Origin: Planctomycetota bacterium
Lineage (GTDB): Bacteria; Planctomycetota; UBA1135; UBA2386
NCBI GenBank assembly: GCA_046290465.1
Contig: JBKAGP010000001.1
Span: 4,096,001-4,160,000 of the forward strand
Length of the DNA stretch: 64,000 bases
Reading direction: 5' to 3'
Shown: piece after piece, positions 54,992 through 64,000 of the stretch
Layout: the number at the start of each line of letters is the position of its first letter
Numbering within the stretch: the stretch's first letter is position 1
Translations under genes and position numbers: made by a program
Notes under the pieces: generated by a model
The model's database searches: none
Told to the model about the DNA's origin: nothing
Seen by the model: the letters and a program-made list of their open reading frames with translations, nothing else

Positions 54992-55411
54992 TCACAGGCG
55001 GGTGTAGTCGGTCGTGTAGTCGACGGTCATCTGCGTGACGCCGTCCTTGCGCTGAAACAGGTACTCGGCGGAGTAGATGCCGCGCTCGAACTGGAGCCGC
55101 TTGCTGGTCTCGTCGACGTCGTCGGCGCCGATCAGGCTCCAGCTGTGCCGGCCCATGTTGGCCTGCACGTACGAAACGGCCGCCGCGAGATCGTCACTGC
55201 CCGAGTAGATGTAGTGACCGTGGCGCCACGACGCGATCTCCTTCGAGAAGCTCTCGTGGCGTCGATCCTTGAGGCGGAAACCCGACGGAACGACGTAGTC
55301 CTGGAACTGCCGCGAATCGACCGCTGGGGCCTCATTCGGGCCCGTCTGGCACGATTGCGAAAGCACGCCACACAGCGCGAGCATGGCGATCAGACTCGTC
55401 TTGTTGGTCAT
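54992..55411 (-). CDS. Hypothetical lipoprotein
   Basis: Signal peptide with SQSC; ATG after GAGGGA; GC3 bias. Confidence 0.65.
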   Translation of the reverse strand: MTNKTSLIAMLALCGVLSQSCQTGPNEAPAVDSRQFQDYVVPSGFRLKDRRHESFSKEIASWRHGHYIYSGSDDLAAAVSYVQANMGRHSWSLIGADDVDETSKRLQFERGIYSAEYLFQRKDGVTQMTVDYTTDYTRL

Positions 55412-55647
55412 CGGGAATCCCTCGGTTGTCGGTCTGGACGAACCGCGAAACGCGGCTCGCCACGGTTTGGAGGGCCGAACAGTCTATCGACGCCCGCGGA
55501 GGCAGGCAACGGCGGCGAACGCCCGGTTCGCCGCGGATCGGCCCACCGCGCACGATACCGCCGACGGCGAGGGTTTCGCGACCCAACGCGTCGACATACA
55601 CTCCCAACGCCCGTCGGAGCGTGGTCTCCGGCGTGCAGGAGTCCTGC

Positions 55648-56265
55648 ATGCAAGCCTCCGAGACAGTCCGACGAGCAGACCTGCTGGAGCGAGCCACCCT
55701 GGTGCTCAACCGCTCCTGGCGGCCCGTGCACGTGACCACGGTGCGCCGCGCCCTGTGCATGGTGTTTCGCGACGCTGCGCGGATCGTCTGCCCCGAGACC
55801 CTGGCCGTCTACGAGTTCGTGGACTGGATCGACCAACCGATCCCGGCGCAGGCCCCGACCATCCGTTCGCCGAGCGTGCGCATCCTCGCCCCCGAGGTGA
55901 TCCTGCTGTCCCGCTACAACCGGGTGCCGTGCCACGAGGCGCCGTTCACGCGGCGCAACCTGTTCTTGCGCGACGACTACACCTGCCAGTACTGCGGCAA
56001 GCGATCGGGCAGCAACCTGCTCAGCGTCGACCACGTGCACCCGCGCTCGCGGGGCGGGTCGACGACCTGGGAGAACTGCGTGCTCGCCTGTGTCGGCTGC
56101 AACGCGCGCAAGGCCGACCAGACCCCGAAGGAGGCCGGCCTGCGCCTGCTGCGCAAGCCCGAACGCCCGCGTTGGACTCCGTACCTCAATCTGCGGCCGA
56201 GCCAGCGTATGGACTCGTGGGCGAAGTTCACGCCCGAGTCCCGCCGCCGCAACCGCAACAACTGA
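55648..56265 (+). CDS. Stand-alone HNH endonuclease (McrA-like)
   Basis: LVLN; RRNLFLRDDYTCQYCG; VDHVHPRSRGG..WENCVLACVGCNARK. Confidence 0.9.
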   Translation: MQASETVRRADLLERATLVLNRSWRPVHVTTVRRALCMVFRDAARIVCPETLAVYEFVDWIDQPIPAQAPTIRSPSVRILAPEVILLSRYNRVPCHEAPFTRRNLFLRDDYTCQYCGKRSGSNLLSVDHVHPRSRGGSTTWENCVLACVGCNARKADQTPKEAGLRLLRKPERPRWTPYLNLRPSQRMDSWAKFTPESRRRNRNN

Positions 56266-56316
56266 GGCCCGCCCGGAGCCGTTCTTCGCGCGCCGGGGCC
56301 TCCCATCGATCCCACC

Positions 56317-57678
56317 ATGAAACTGTCGACCAGCATCCCCGTCCTCCTCGCCCTCCTCGCAGCGCCCGCCGTGGCGCAGAGCCCCACCAAGCTCAAGAAG
56401 GAGCTCAAGAAGATGGAGCGGGAGGCGAAGAAGGACGTCGAGAAGCTCTTCGCGGCGGGCAAGTGGGCCCGCGAGAAGGAACTCGCCAAGGACGCCAAGC
56501 GCATCTTCCAGAAGGTCCTCAAGCTCGACAAGGAGCACGAGGGCGCCAACCTCGCACTCGGCAACGAGAAGGTCGACGGCGTCTGGATGCCCGAGAAGCA
56601 GGCGAAGAAGCTACGCGAGAAGGCGCTCGAGGCCGAGTACGGCGCCAAGGGCTACAAGAAGATCGAAGGCATCTGGGTCGAGCCGGAGAAGGTCGACGAC
56701 GCGCGCAAGGGCATCTTCTGGCACGAGGGCGAGAAGGTGACCATCGAGCAGAAGACCGCCTACCAGAACGGCATGGTGCGCCATCCGCGCACCGGCCGGT
56801 TCATCAAGCAGGAAGACCTCAAGAAGGCCGAGGACGGCTACTTCCCGGTCGGCGACGGCAAGTGGGGCGACCTGGCTGAGGCCGACACCTTCCACGGCGA
56901 GCTCGGGCGGCCGTGGATCATCCGCTCCAACTACGCCACGCTGATCAGCACGCTGCCCCTCGAGAAGCTCGAGGAGTTGAAGCGGTTCGCGGACCAGGGG
57001 CAGGAGACCGTGATGCCGCTGTTCCGCGGTCGCGAACTGCCGCCGGCCCTGCGCCCGGTGATCCTGATCGCCAAGACCAAGGCCGAGTACGTGCAGTACG
57101 GCACCAGCTTCGGCGACGGCACCGACGTCGTCGGCGCGTTCCTGATGCGCGACGACGCCGAGTTCCGCATCGGCGGCCAGGGCGTCGTGCGCCCGGCGAT
57201 CTGCAACAACGACAAGGACTGGGGCACGCGCTACCTGCGCCACGCCGCGGCGATCGCCTACGTCAACGCGGTGGCCTCGGAGGCCGGCGCCGACCTGCCG
57301 CTGTGGTTCGTGCACGGCTGCGGCACGCTGACGTCGCGCTTCGAGAACGACCGCGACGCCGGTTGGTTCGGCAAGCAACACGTCGCCAAGGGCGGCGTCG
57401 GCCCGATCAAGTCGTGGTTCAGCAACTTCGACCTCAGCGCCGACCTCGAGACCAAGGACATCGACTTCAACCTGTTCCAGGCCGGCCTGATGCTGGCCTA
57501 CGGGATGCGCGGCGGCGACCAGGAGGCGACCGACGCGCTGATGAACGTCACCAACGCTTTGTCCGGCAAAGGCAAGGGCAGCGCGGGCAAGGCGCTGACG
57601 GCGTTCGAGAAGCTGCTCGACAGCAAGAAGGACAAGATCGTCGCCTACCTCAACACCCTGATCGCGAAGGCGCCGTAG
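56317..57678 (+). CDS. Secreted Lys-rich hypothetical protein; C-half weakly peptidase-MA/DUF1570-like without HExxH
   Basis: Signal peptide; strong codon bias; RHAAA..LPLWFVHG. Confidence 0.7.
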   Translation: MKLSTSIPVLLALLAAPAVAQSPTKLKKELKKMEREAKKDVEKLFAAGKWAREKELAKDAKRIFQKVLKLDKEHEGANLALGNEKVDGVWMPEKQAKKLREKALEAEYGAKGYKKIEGIWVEPEKVDDARKGIFWHEGEKVTIEQKTAYQNGMVRHPRTGRFIKQEDLKKAEDGYFPVGDGKWGDLAEADTFHGELGRPWIIRSNYATLISTLPLEKLEELKRFADQGQETVMPLFRGRELPPALRPVILIAKTKAEYVQYGTSFGDGTDVVGAFLMRDDAEFRIGGQGVVRPAICNNDKDWGTRYLRHAAAIAYVNAVASEAGADLPLWFVHGCGTLTSRFENDRDAGWFGKQHVAKGGVGPIKSWFSNFDLSADLETKDIDFNLFQAGLMLAYGMRGGDQEATDALMNVTNALSGKGKGSAGKALTAFEKLLDSKKDKIVAYLNTLIAKAP

Positions 57679-57841
57679 CCGATCGACCGCCTCCGGGGGA
57701 GGGTGCCTCCCCCGTGCACCGTGACCGCGCCCGACCGGATTTGGCGGTCGCGACAGGAATCGGACAATGGTCGTCCACTAGGTGCGCCAGCACCGGCGGT
57801 CTGCGCCGCCTTCCTGCCAACCAAATAGCAGAATCCAACCC

Positions 57842-59716
57842 ATGAAGCTGTTCTCCCTGCGTTCTCTGACCGCGCTTGCCGTGCTGGCCGCCCCGATGGC
57901 CGCCCAAGGCATGCTGCCGTATCTGCCCAAGAAGACGATGATGGCCATCTCGGCTCCGGACCTCTCGGTCTCGATGGCCGAGTTCCGCAAGATGCCGCTG
58001 GCCAAGATGTGGGCCGAAGACGAGGTCCAGACCTTCTTCGCCGACGTCCTCGAGATGGCGAAGGAGCAGATGGACGAGGGCCTCGCCCGCGCCAAGGAGA
58101 TGCACGCGCAGGGCGCCCTGCCGATCGACCCGGAGCAGCTGATGAAGCTGCGCCTCAACGGCGGCACCTTCGCGATCACCGACATGGAGATGGCGATGGG
58201 CGACTTCGGCCCGATGCCGAAGTTCGGCGTGCTGATCCACCTCGACTTCGGTGAGTCGGCCGCGACCTGGAACCAGCTGATCCAGATGGGCCTCGGCATG
58301 CTGAAGCAGCAGGCCGGTGACGACGCGACGATGACCGAGTGGAACATCGGCGACGTCAAGGCGATGACGATGGCGCCGAACGGCGGCCCCGAAGGCCTCG
58401 AGATGTCGCTGAACGTCGCGATGGTCCCGAACGGCATCGTGATCGGCACGCTGACCGACGACGTCAAGAGCGTCGTCACCAACTGGGTCAACAAGACCCC
58501 GGTCCTGAGCCAGACGTCGGGCTTCGCCGCCGCGACCAAGCGCCTGGACACCGCCGGCGCCGAAGCACAGATGTTCATGTCGCCGGACCCGATGGTCGAC
58601 TTCGGCATGAACGTGCTGAAGATGGCGATCGAGAACGAGCGCGACCTCGAGATGGTCGACTACGACGGCGTCGAGCGCGCGCTGCAGGCGATGGGCATGC
58701 GCAACCTCGGCTCGGTGGCCATGTCGACCAGCTACGTCGACGGCAAGTGCGTCACCAAGTCCTACCACGCCAGCGCCGAAGGCGCGCAGACTGCGGCCGC
58801 CGGCACCAAGGTCGACACCAAGTTCCTCAAGTGGGTCCCGAAGGACGCGGTCTCGTTCAGCGCCGGCGCGATGAACGTCTCGTCGATCTACGACACGCTG
58901 CTCAAGGGCCTGCAGGCCTACGACCCGAACTTCGCCCAGCAGATGCTCGGCCAGCTGGCCGAGATCGAGAAGCAGCTCGGCTTCTCGATCCGCCAGGACC
59001 TGTTCGGCTCGCTCGGTGACCACTACATCACCTGGTCGATGCCGATGGGCACGATCTCGTCGGCGCCGGAGATGGCGTTCCTGATGAAGGTCAACAACCA
59101 GGAGAAGCTGGTCGGCGCGCTGAAGAACATCGCCGCGCTGACGCAGGGCAACGTCGAGATCGAAGAAGGCACCAAGCGTGGTCTGAAGAGCTACCAGGTG
59201 CAGATCAACTTCGACCCGATGGACGGCATGGGCATGAACCCGTTCGACATGTTCCAGCCGACGTTCGCGTTCAAGGACGGCTACATGGTCGTCGGCTTCT
59301 CGGCGAGCGACGTCAAGCGCGTCTTCAAGCGCATGGACCGCGAGGACAACCCGAAGGGTGACATCCGCTCCAACAAGGAGTTCATGGCGATCGCCGGCCA
59401 GATCCCGGAAGGCGTCGACAGCCTGACATTCACCGACTGGAAGGCCAACTTCGAGAGCATGTATCAGCTGCTGACCGGCGTGCTCGCGTTCGTGCCGATG
59501 CCGGAGGACGTCCCGATCGACATGTCGCTGCTGCCCGACTCGGAGACGCTGACGCAGCACCTCTACGCGTCGCTCAGCTACACCAAGTCGACGGCCGGCG
59601 GCACCGAGACGGTCGACGTCAGCCCGTTCGGTCCGGAGACCTGGCTCGCCATCGGTGCGCTGGTCGGTGGCGCCGCCGGTGCCGCCGCGGTGATGGAAGG
59701 GCGCGGCGGCTTCTAG
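57842..59716 (+). CDS. Secreted Met-rich hypothetical protein (DUF3352-like)
   Basis: Signal peptide; LPYLPKKT and LKWVPKDA internal repeat; strong codon bias. Confidence 0.7.
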   Translation: MKLFSLRSLTALAVLAAPMAAQGMLPYLPKKTMMAISAPDLSVSMAEFRKMPLAKMWAEDEVQTFFADVLEMAKEQMDEGLARAKEMHAQGALPIDPEQLMKLRLNGGTFAITDMEMAMGDFGPMPKFGVLIHLDFGESAATWNQLIQMGLGMLKQQAGDDATMTEWNIGDVKAMTMAPNGGPEGLEMSLNVAMVPNGIVIGTLTDDVKSVVTNWVNKTPVLSQTSGFAAATKRLDTAGAEAQMFMSPDPMVDFGMNVLKMAIENERDLEMVDYDGVERALQAMGMRNLGSVAMSTSYVDGKCVTKSYHASAEGAQTAAAGTKVDTKFLKWVPKDAVSFSAGAMNVSSIYDTLLKGLQAYDPNFAQQMLGQLAEIEKQLGFSIRQDLFGSLGDHYITWSMPMGTISSAPEMAFLMKVNNQEKLVGALKNIAALTQGNVEIEEGTKRGLKSYQVQINFDPMDGMGMNPFDMFQPTFAFKDGYMVVGFSASDVKRVFKRMDREDNPKGDIRSNKEFMAIAGQIPEGVDSLTFTDWKANFESMYQLLTGVLAFVPMPEDVPIDMSLLPDSETLTQHLYASLSYTKSTAGGTETVDVSPFGPETWLAIGALVGGAAGAAAVMEGRGGF

Positions 59717-59780
59717 GCCACGCCGCACTGGACCACCCCGGACAGACACTCCGGACAACACTCCGGACAGCCAAGCCCGA

Positions 59781-59804
59781 CAGCCGACCCTTCGCGGTCG
59801 GCTG
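59781..59804. terminator. Hairpin between convergent genes, probable terminator
   Basis: CAGCCGACC-CTTCGC-GGTCGGCTG followed by GTTCGGTTTT. Confidence 0.55.
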
Positions 59805-59861
59805 GTTCGGTTTTGGGGGGCCGATCCACCCCGGAGCGTGCATCGACGCGCGCTCCGGCGC

Positions 59862-61001
59862 CTAGAGCGCCGCTTCGAGGTAGTCGCCGCCGACCTGGTC
59901 GGCGAGCAGCAGACCCTCGCCGACCAGACGGAGACGCGCGCCGTCGTATTCGACCAGCTGCGCGGCCTGCTGCCGCTCGAAGATCGCCGCGAACCGCGCG
60001 CGCACGTCGAGGCCGATCCTCGCCTCCACGTCGGCGACGTCGACGCCATCCGTTCGCCGCACGCCGAGCCACAGCGCCTCGGCCGCGCGCTGCAGCGGTC
60101 GCAGCGTCTCGGCGCTCGCCGCGCACGTGACGCCAGCCAGCGCCGCGTCCGCCCAGGCCTCGAGCGGCTTGAGGTTGCTGACGCGCACGCCGCCGCGGTG
60201 GCTGCTCGCCCCCGGACCGACCCCGACGTAGTCCCCCTGCAGCCAGTAGTGGTCGTTGTGCCGACACGGCCCGCCGCGCCCCGCGAAGTTGCTGACCTCG
60301 TAGGCGACGAACCCCGCTTCCCGCAGCCGCACGCGCGTGTGCTCGAACATCGCGCGGTCGAGTTCTTGTTCGTTGGGTCCGATGCGTCCCTGCTGGCGGT
60401 CCCGCTCGAAGCGCGTGCCCGGTTCGAACGTCAGGTTGTAGCAGGACACATGATCGGTCCCGAGTCGCAGCGCGTGCTCGAGGTCGCTCTGCCACTCGTC
60501 GAACGTCTCGCCCGGGATCCCGAACATCAGGTCGATGCTGACGTTCTCGAAGCCGGCCTCGCGCGCCGCCGCGAACGCCCGCTCGACCCCCTCGGCGTCG
60601 TGCGCGCGGTCGAGCTTCTGCAGGTGGTGCGCGTGGAACGTCTGCGCGCCGATGCTCAACCGCCGCACGCCGCCATCCCACGCGGCGCGCGCCTTGTCGA
60701 CCGTGAAGCTCTCGGGGTTGGCCTCCATCGAGACCTCGGCGCACGCGGCGAGGTCGACGCGCTCGTTGACGATCGCGAACAGCCGCTGCAGCCGTTCGAC
60801 CGACAGCAGGCTCGGCGTGCCGCCGCCGAAGAACACCGACACCGGCTGCGCACCGACCGGCCAGCGGCGCGCAAGCTCCGCGGCCAGCGCGTCGAGGAAG
60901 CGGTCGTGCGCCTGCTCGTCCTCGACGACGTACGAGTTGAAGTCGCAGTAGCCGCACTTCACCACGCAGAACGGCACGTGCACGTAGAGCGACGAAGACA
61001 T
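59862..61001 (-). CDS. hemW: Radical SAM heme chaperone HemW (HemN-like)
   Basis: LYVHVPFCVVKCGYCDF; GGGTPS; EANP; YEVSNF; HNDHYW. Confidence 0.9.
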   Translation of the reverse strand: MSSSLYVHVPFCVVKCGYCDFNSYVVEDEQAHDRFLDALAAELARRWPVGAQPVSVFFGGGTPSLLSVERLQRLFAIVNERVDLAACAEVSMEANPESFTVDKARAAWDGGVRRLSIGAQTFHAHHLQKLDRAHDAEGVERAFAAAREAGFENVSIDLMFGIPGETFDEWQSDLEHALRLGTDHVSCYNLTFEPGTRFERDRQQGRIGPNEQELDRAMFEHTRVRLREAGFVAYEVSNFAGRGGPCRHNDHYWLQGDYVGVGPGASSHRGGVRVSNLKPLEAWADAALAGVTCAASAETLRPLQRAAEALWLGVRRTDGVDVADVEARIGLDVRARFAAIFERQQAAQLVEYDGARLRLVGEGLLLADQVGGDYLEAAL

Positions 61002-61032
61002 CGCCGCCAGCCTACGCGACGCGGCGCGCGGA

Positions 61033-61887
61033 TCAGCGGGCGGTCTTCTTGCGGGTGCGCGGCTGCGGCCGCTCCTCGCCGAACTCGCGCGACATGATCT
61101 CGCCCAGCTTCTCGAGCGCCTGCTGCTCCATCTGGCGGACGCGTTCCCGCGTCAGGCCGAAGCGCTTGCCGATCGCCTTCAGCGTCATCGGCTCGTTGTT
61201 GCCGAGGCCGAACCGCAGCCGCAGGATTCGCGCCTCGCGCGTGTCCAGCTTCTCGAGCAGCTCGTGCATGCGGCCGATCTCCATCGCCGCGAGGATCTCC
61301 TCCTCCGGCGACCGGCCGCGCGTGTCCTCGATCACGTCCGCGAACGCCGCGCCGCCGTCGTCGTTCATCGAGTGCACCGGCTGCGAGTTCGACTGCACGG
61401 TATCGCGCACGACGTCCCAGTTGTTCTCCGGCAGCTCGAGCTCCTCGGCGATCTCGCCGGTGGTCGCCTGGCGACCGAGTCGGTAGCTCAGCTCCATCGC
61501 CGTCGCCTTCCAGCGCGAGACGATCTCCGACATGTAGCTCGGCACGCGCACGGTCTTGACCGTGTTGACCAGCGAGCGGCGGATGCCCTGCTTGATCCAC
61601 CAGGTCGCGTAGGTCGAGAAGCGGCAGCCGGCCTTGTGGTCGAACTTCTCGACCGCCTTCATCAGGCCGATGTTGCCCTCCTCGATCAGGTCCATGAAGG
61701 ACAGGCCGCGGTTGACGTAGTTCTTGGCGATCGAGACGACCAGGCGCAGGTTGGCGCGGATCATGTGCTCGCGCGCAGCCAGGTCGCCGCGCTGCACGCG
61801 CTTCGACAGGTCGATTTCTTCTTGGGCCGTCAGCAACGGAACTTCGTTGATGTCGGCCAGGTAGGTGTCGAGACCGTGGTCCCGCAT
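61033..61887 (-). CDS. RNA polymerase sigma70 factor (RpoD/RpoS-like, no region 1.1)
   Basis: [53 protein letters not shown] after GAGGA. Confidence 0.93.
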   Translation of the reverse strand: MRDHGLDTYLADINEVPLLTAQEEIDLSKRVQRGDLAAREHMIRANLRLVVSIAKNYVNRGLSFMDLIEEGNIGLMKAVEKFDHKAGCRFSTYATWWIKQGIRRSLVNTVKTVRVPSYMSEIVSRWKATAMELSYRLGRQATTGEIAEELELPENNWDVVRDTVQSNSQPVHSMNDDGGAAFADVIEDTRGRSPEEEILAAMEIGRMHELLEKLDTREARILRLRFGLGNNEPMTLKAIGKRFGLTRERVRQMEQQALEKLGEIMSREFGEERPQPRTRKKTAR

Positions 61888-61982
61888 GGCAGTCCTCCTC
61901 GTGGTGGTGACCTTGGAGGTATCGGAAGGACCGCAGCGATCCTGCGCCGCTGCGACCGACACCGTCGCAATGCGGGACGCGC

Positions 61983-63041
61983 TCAGCGCGCGATCACGAG
62001 CCGTAGCCGTTCGCCGTCCGCGTCGACGTCGGTCGAGGTCGCGATCGCCCCACCGTGCTCCGGATGCGACACCCGGACCACGAACGGATCGCCCGCCGGC
62101 ACCCGCACCAGCCGTTCGCCGTTCGCCCCGGTCCTGGCGACGAACATCGACGAGGCGCGGTCGGCCGCGAGCTGCCGCCAATCGGTCACGGCCAGCGTGT
62201 CGGCCGAGCACGCGAGACCGGGCGGCAGCGCGAGCACTTCGACCTCGGCCGAGGTGACGGGCGTTCCCTCGACGTCCACCACCGCGACCGCGAGTTCGCG
62301 CCAAGGTCGCAGCTCGCAACGGACCACCTGCGGACGGGTCGCGTCGAGCCGGACCAGCTGCAGCGGCGACGGCGCGTAGCGGTCGTCGTCGGCGACGACA
62401 CGCAGCAGGGCGGGGTCCTCGATCGCCACGCGCGCCTCGGCCAGCGCGCCCGGATGGGGACCGTGGATCTGCACCGGATCGGCGCGCAACGACGGATCGG
62501 CTGCACCGACGAGCTGCACGGTGAAGCCCTCGATCGGCTCGCGCGAGGCGGCGTCGACCACCTGCACCGCGACCAACCCGGCGACCGACAACGTCACCCG
62601 ATGGCCCGCGGTGCCCCATGCGGCGCGGGTCCGCGCCGGCGACCGCCCTGCCGCGGTGACCAGCAACCGGGCCTCCGCGATGCGGCGATCCCGCTGTTCG
62701 AGCACGAATCCTCCGTCGGCGTCCGTGCGCGTGCGGCCGCCGTCCGCGCAGCGCACCACCGCGCCGCGCACCGGCTGGCCGCGCTCGTCCTCGACGAACC
62801 CGCGCACGAACTGGGGCGGCGCGATCGGCTCCTCCCGTTCGTTCCCCGGCGACCGCGATCCGACCTCGGCGTCGCCTTCGTCCGCTTGCGCGACATCAAG
62901 TGGCGCAACCTGAACCGGGTTCGGTATGCGGCACTTGTCGGCGGGGTCGGGGAGCTGGGTCGTTGCCGATCGGGACAGCAGCCAGATGGCCGCGACGATC
63001 GCGGCCGCGACTCCGAGCAGCGCGAGCAGGCTGCGCGGCAC
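61983..63041 (-). CDS. Membrane-anchored carboxypeptidase-regulatory-like domain protein
   Basis: N-terminal [20 protein letters not shown]...TDADGGF repeats. Confidence 0.65.
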   Translation of the reverse strand: MPRSLLALLGVAAAIVAAIWLLSRSATTQLPDPADKCRIPNPVQVAPLDVAQADEGDAEVGSRSPGNEREEPIAPPQFVRGFVEDERGQPVRGAVVRCADGGRTRTDADGGFVLEQRDRRIAEARLLVTAAGRSPARTRAAWGTAGHRVTLSVAGLVAVQVVDAASREPIEGFTVQLVGAADPSLRADPVQIHGPHPGALAEARVAIEDPALLRVVADDDRYAPSPLQLVRLDATRPQVVRCELRPWRELAVAVVDVEGTPVTSAEVEVLALPPGLACSADTLAVTDWRQLAADRASSMFVARTGANGERLVRVPAGDPFVVRVSHPEHGGAIATSTDVDADGERLRLVIAR

Positions 63042-63046
63042 GCCGA

Positions 63047-63262
63047 CTAGAACAGCGTGTAGATGAACGGCGCCACGCCGGTCGCGCCGAGCACGAGCAG
63101 CACGCCGAGCAGGCCGAACACGACCAGGATCGGCGTCAGCCACCACATCTTGTTCTCGGCCATGAACATCACGAACTCGCTGACCAGGCCGCGCTCCTCC
63201 TCCTGAGCCGCCTGCAGGAAGTCGTCGTTCTTGTGGTTCTCTTCGTTCGCGTGCTCGGTCAT
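63047..63262 (-). CDS. DUF5989-like small membrane protein
   Basis: ENKMWWLTPILVV...APFIYTLF; TATACT and GAGG upstream. Confidence 0.85.
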   Translation of the reverse strand: MTEHANEENHKNDDFLQAAQEEERGLVSEFVMFMAENKMWWLTPILVVFGLLGVLLVLGATGVAPFIYTLF

Positions 63263-63684
63263 GTCAGCAGGTCCTCAGGTGTCGCGGGCTGAGCAGTATA
63301 GCCGTCGGATCCGACGCCACGGGATGAGAAGCCCGCATCGGGACCTCGCCGGCAGCGGTCCGTCGGGCCGAGAGCGCCAGGCCGCGATGCGACGGACGAT
63401 CCATGGGCGAGCAACCTCGCGCCCGATCCCGTCGCGTGGTTTCGTCCATGCGCAATCTCCGTCGATTGCTGGCCACCCGCGCATCAGGGAGACCACCTGG
63501 ATTTCCTGTGTAGGGGTTGCCGGGCTCGGTAGACAGTACGAGCAAAAGGCGTAATGCCTTGGCGGACACCCCCTTGCGGATAAAACATCCGGTGTAGGAT
63601 GATGAAACAGGCCTGTGCGTCCCGCCTAGTGCCGACGCAGAGTCATTATCCCTGCAGTTACTCCTCCTCTTAATTAGAGAATCC

Positions 63685-64000
63685 ATGCGCAATCCTAGTC
63701 TGTTTGCGATGGCCGCCCTGGCCATCAGTGCGACGGCGTTCGCCCAGTCGCCGCTCACCACCACGTTCGCGGCCGGGAACGGCCAGAACGGCAACATGTT
63801 CGACATCGTTGCCCTCAACCCGTCGGGCGTGACGATCGACTACTTCGACGTGCACGTCGGCACCGGCACCTTCGACTTCGAGGTCTACAAGCTGACCACG
63901 CCGGGTCCGTACCTGCCGTCGGTCAGCACGGCTGCCGACTGGACCCTAGTCGGCTCGGTCACGGGCGTCGAAGGTCAGGGCAACGGCAACCCGACCCAGC
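63685..64000 (+). CDS. Secreted protein, 3' end outside the window
   Basis: Own translation: MRNPSLFAMAALAISATAFAQSPLTTTFAAGNGQNGNMFDIVALNP...; open to the window edge. Confidence 0.75.
   Translation, partial: MRNPSLFAMAALAISATAFAQSPLTTTFAAGNGQNGNMFDIVALNPSGVTIDYFDVHVGTGTFDFEVYKLTTPGPYLPSVSTAADWTLVGSVTGVEGQGNGNPTQ

Noticed and set aside
55648..56265. IscB/Cas9-like RNA-guided nuclease
   Set aside because: Only about 205 aa, with no PLMP or RuvC motifs; it fits a stand-alone HNH protein.
1..64000. Alternative genetic code (UGA read as Trp or Gly)
   Set aside because: Well-defined genes such as lexA, dapF and lemA end at UGA at their expected C-termini, Trp is encoded by TGG, and the genome is GC-rich.

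Overview
GC-rich, gene-dense bacterial chromosomal DNA. Gene content suggests Planctomycetota (inference). It is probably origin-proximal, because parA-parB is present with a parS site inside parB. No transposase, integrase, phage or cas genes were seen. Recognisable genes: tRNA-Arg(CCG), lexA, dapF, lemA, parAB, hemW, a sigma70 factor, a Btu/Fec-type ABC importer, a hybrid kinase and several peptidases. The centre (about 14.9-35.4 kb, minus strand) is a tightly coupled envelope operon: beta-propeller/TPR protein, two tandem prenyltransferase-fold paralogs, BatA/VWA, VWA, two coiled-coil proteins, TPR, NPCBM and three HtrA-like proteins. The most striking signal lies in this operon. ORFs 21599..23398 and 21362..21565 are in one reading frame, separated only by two in-frame UGA codons (GGG-UGA-T-G-T-UGA-SGKQPPLVPVSAELKMLK). 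SECIS-like hairpins follow each UGA, so this is a candidate exported selenoprotein with a UxxxU motif. Two of the three HtrA-like proteins lack the catalytic His and Ser. All product calls come from motif reading; no database search was run.
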